From NCBI GenBank assembly GCA_035457005.1, contig DATICB010000008.1:1013-65012 (forward strand): a DNA stretch of 64,000 nucleotides, written 5' to 3'. Positions 61,519 through 64,000 of this stretch are shown here, piece after piece. Both the position numbers and the translations under genes were made by a program. The notes below the pieces were generated by a model. It was not told the origin of the DNA and ran no database searches. It saw only the letters and a program-made list of their open reading frames with translations. Position 1 is the first letter of the stretch. Each line of letters starts with the position of its first letter. The stretch comes from Patescibacteria group bacterium (GTDB lineage: Bacteria; Patescibacteriota; Microgenomatia; Levybacterales; UBA12049).

Positions 61519-63129
61519 TTAAAACACAAGTATGCTCTCGCCGATTACTGACTTAATTTTTTGTTTTGTATATCTAGGATTCATATTATATCCACAGATT
61601 GACCAGTTGGTAATACTTATTAATGTTATTTGTGTTTTACCATATGCATGAATTGAATGGAACTGGCAAATTTCATTATTTTTATAACTACCATAAGATT
61701 TATTACTTTTTAAGCCGTATAAATCTCCATTGTCGCGTCCAAAATAAGAAAACATTATCAAACTTTCTTTATGTTGTAGCATAAACTTCCTAGCATCAGG
61801 CAGACTTTGTCCCCAGTCCAAATTACTGTCTTGTAACAGGAAATATTTATGACCAAAATTTAATTCATTTGCATATGAAATAAAGTGGGGAAACGAAAAT
61901 AGTGTGCCGGCAATGTACCAAACAAGCAGTATATAGAAAATAAGCTTTCTTATAGGTGTTTTTTGCCAAAAAGAAATTGAAAGCGCAGAGAAAATAACAA
62001 TAAACGGAAAGATGGGCAAAATGTATCGCACCAAAGGTTGCACGCGGAAAAGTATTGATGAAAACAATGTTCCAAGAATCGGGAAAAGCAGAAGATATTG
62101 TATTGCTGACCTTTTTCTTTGTTTGATAAAAAGAAAGACTGATACCGAGAAATAGATAAGAAGTGGGGGCGGTGTTTTTAGTAAAAAATTTACTGGCATA
62201 AAATACCAACGACACGTATCGTAGTACTTTCCCAAGAAAAAGCATTTGTCACTATGTAGTCCCCTAAGAACATTATTTTTTACTATCGCTCCGTAATCTC
62301 CCAAAGGTATTGGTTGTATTTCTAAAAAGAAAATTGCATCTGCGACAATTTTTAAATTATGATGCTTGGCAAATTGCATAACTTTTGATGAAACACGCGA
62401 CGTATCTTCGCGTTCTTTTATAAAAATATGCCAGCTAAAAAAATAAATACCCCAGATAACAAACAGAGTAATCAAACCACCTAGTATTAATTTTTTCCAA
62501 TTACGCATTACTGTAGAAAAAGTTTTTGATTTATACTGAAAAAACCACACTAATGCTGTCGTTAAAAGAAAATAGGGAATAAATAATATTTTTGTCGCCA
62601 TTCCAAGTCCTATTGAAAGAGAAAGTAAAATGGTTGCTCTGTATGAAGGGTTTTGTAAAAACAAAATAAACAAACTGTATGACAAAAAGAAGAACAGTGT
62701 TAATCCAATATCAATTGTTACATAATGACTATTTGCTAAGATATTCGGCTCTAATGCAAGAAGAAAGATCGCAAAAATTGCTTCCTTTTCCCCAAGATAC
62801 TTTTTAACAAACACAAAGACTGCAATAAGAAGTGCAGCTCCCAGAAAAATTATTGAGACTCTTCCCCATAAAACGTGGTTAAATACAAACATTTCGTTTG
62901 TATAAAATTCATTATTAAAAATATAAGGAAGCATGCTTATTTCTCTAATAAGTGGTGGGTTATATGGATCAAGAGTAAATATATGCTGTAAAACCTCAGT
63001 CCTTCCGGCTTGCAAATACACGATTTCGTCAAACGTTAAAGATTCTCTCATAGCACTTCCTACAGAAAGAATAAAAAAAAGAATAAGAATACATGACAAT
63101 AAAATGTTTATAAGAAATTTTTTAAACAT
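61519..63129 (-). CDS. GT-C fold membrane glycosyltransferase (PMT/ArnT-like, GT39/83-type)
   Basis: 536 aa, N-terminal loop with DE-type motif (LTFDEIVYLQAG), many TM helices. Confidence 0.55.
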   Translation of the reverse strand: MFKKFLINILLSCILILFFILSVGSAMRESLTFDEIVYLQAGRTEVLQHIFTLDPYNPPLIREISMLPYIFNNEFYTNEMFVFNHVLWGRVSIIFLGAALLIAVFVFVKKYLGEKEAIFAIFLLALEPNILANSHYVTIDIGLTLFFFLSYSLFILFLQNPSYRATILLSLSIGLGMATKILFIPYFLLTTALVWFFQYKSKTFSTVMRNWKKLILGGLITLFVIWGIYFFSWHIFIKEREDTSRVSSKVMQFAKHHNLKIVADAIFFLEIQPIPLGDYGAIVKNNVLRGLHSDKCFFLGKYYDTCRWYFMPVNFLLKTPPPLLIYFSVSVFLFIKQRKRSAIQYLLLFPILGTLFSSILFRVQPLVRYILPIFPFIVIFSALSISFWQKTPIRKLIFYILLVWYIAGTLFSFPHFISYANELNFGHKYFLLQDSNLDWGQSLPDARKFMLQHKESLIMFSYFGRDNGDLYGLKSNKSYGSYKNNEICQFHSIHAYGKTQITLISITNWSICGYNMNPRYTKQKIKSVIGESILVF

Positions 63130-63967
63130 ATAATTTTTTAATTTTCAAAAGAATAAAGAGAAAAACAAAAGACGCAAAAGAAATTAGTGTACCAATTTTC
63201 CAAATAAAAGGGTCGTAATAGACGATTACATCACTTTTTCCGTTTGGTATATTAACTTGCCTAAATATCTTATTGTATAAAGAGATTGTTGTGGGTTCTC
63301 CATTAATAGTTGCTGTCCATCCTGGATAGTAGTTGTCCGATATAATAAGTTTGTTCGGCTTATCTGAAAATACTTCAATGCTTATTTTATTTGACGTGTC
63401 GCCTTTTACAAAAATGGTATTTTTTTCACTTTGTTCTTCTAATCGTATTATCGGTAAAGCACTTTTATTTTCTACGAAAATAACATTTCCTTCTTTGTTT
63501 GTTTCAACAATATATTTTGCACTTAAAGCAGCTAATTTAGCGTTATTTAACTTATTTGCATCAATACCGGTGACATTTGTACTTTCGACAAACTTTTCAT
63601 ACGTTGCCAATACAAGCGATGTGTATCCTGTTACTCCCTGAATTCCAAGTGGAACAACATGATTATCTGTTACCGAATTTAAATTTAATTGAGCTTCGTT
63701 GTAAAAATATTTAGGACCAGGTACGTACCTTCTGTCCTGCTTTAGGACAACAGGTTTTGAAAATATTCGATACAAAATGGTGTTTGGAATTTCTGGTGGT
63801 CTAACCGAATAAAAAGATAGTGGCGCAAGTTGCAAATATGTTTTGTCAAAAAATAGTAAGTTTGTTGACACAAATATTATAACGAGAAAGGGAAACGCTT
63901 TCCTTTTTCTTGGAACTTTCCAAAGAAACAATCCCAGCATGAGTAAGAAAAAGGTAAAGAAAAACAT
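63122..63967 (-). CDS. YfhO-like membrane protein (C-terminal part; gene may extend past window end)
   Basis: C-terminal YYPGW...INGEPT...YYDPF resembles YfhO C-terminal domain; overlaps downstream GT-C gene by 8 nt. Confidence 0.4.
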   Translation of the reverse strand: MFFFTFFLLMLGLFLWKVPRKRKAFPFLVIIFVSTNLLFFDKTYLQLAPLSFYSVRPPEIPNTILYRIFSKPVVLKQDRRYVPGPKYFYNEAQLNLNSVTDNHVVPLGIQGVTGYTSLVLATYEKFVESTNVTGIDANKLNNAKLAALSAKYIVETNKEGNVIFVENKSALPIIRLEEQSEKNTIFVKGDTSNKISIEVFSDKPNKLIISDNYYPGWTATINGEPTTISLYNKIFRQVNIPNGKSDVIVYYDPFIWKIGTLISFASFVFLFILLKIKKLYV

Positions 63968-64000
63968 ATTAAAAAGTGTTACAGAAAAAATTGTATTAAT

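Overview
This 64 kb window looks like an AT-rich (~38% GC) bacterial chromosome with a streamlined, CPR/Patescibacteria-like character. It is densely packed with housekeeping genes, mostly without Shine-Dalgarno sequences and with promoter-like hexamers often only 5-10 nt upstream of start codons. Gene calls, in order:
- cell-envelope genes (acyltransferase-3 family, GT-C-like membrane protein, secreted GH5-like hydrolase);
- a holA-like gene, an EamA transporter and a uridine-kinase-like gene;
- a mannose/gluconeogenesis cluster (phosphomannomutase, cupin, SIS-type PGI/PMI, PEP synthase, enolase);
- rsmI and dedA;
- a divergent lexA-uvrB pair, yraN, rplS, pyrG and several hypothetical genes;
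- a LysM protein and a PolX-family polymerase next to tRNA-Asp;
- lemA-htpX, murT-gatD with a glutamine synthetase, gatCAB, a GGDEF protein, dnaE and a HAD hydrolase;
- a complete F-type ATP synthase operon (atpBEFHAGDC);
- two NUDIX hydrolases, a second LexA paralog with its own operator, and a tRNA-dihydrouridine synthase;
- a 690-aa GC-rich hypothetical protein next to tRNA-Thr;
- a terminal envelope glycosylation cluster (Ig-like protein, O-antigen-ligase-like protein, two GT2 enzymes, GT-C and YfhO-like membrane proteins).
Four tRNAs are present (Lys-UUU, Glu-UUC, Asp-GUC, Thr-CGU). I found no rRNA and no CRISPR array.
The most unusual feature is a family of short palindromic repeat elements (MITE/REP-like) with TGTCAT...ATGACA termini. 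There are at least nine copies in three subfamilies. Compensatory stem changes between copies support selection on the structure. Every intergenic copy sits 5-15 nt upstream of a start codon, including four of the ATP synthase intercistronic spacers. One copy is inserted in-frame inside the holA-like CDS.
Other points of interest:
- two LexA paralogs with different operator dyads;
- several GC-rich segments carrying hypothetical ORFs, including a promoter-driven GC-rich unit at 24929->24090 with a large terminal hairpin that could be a structured RNA;
- an attenuator-like arrangement of alternative hairpins upstream of the gatCAB operon.
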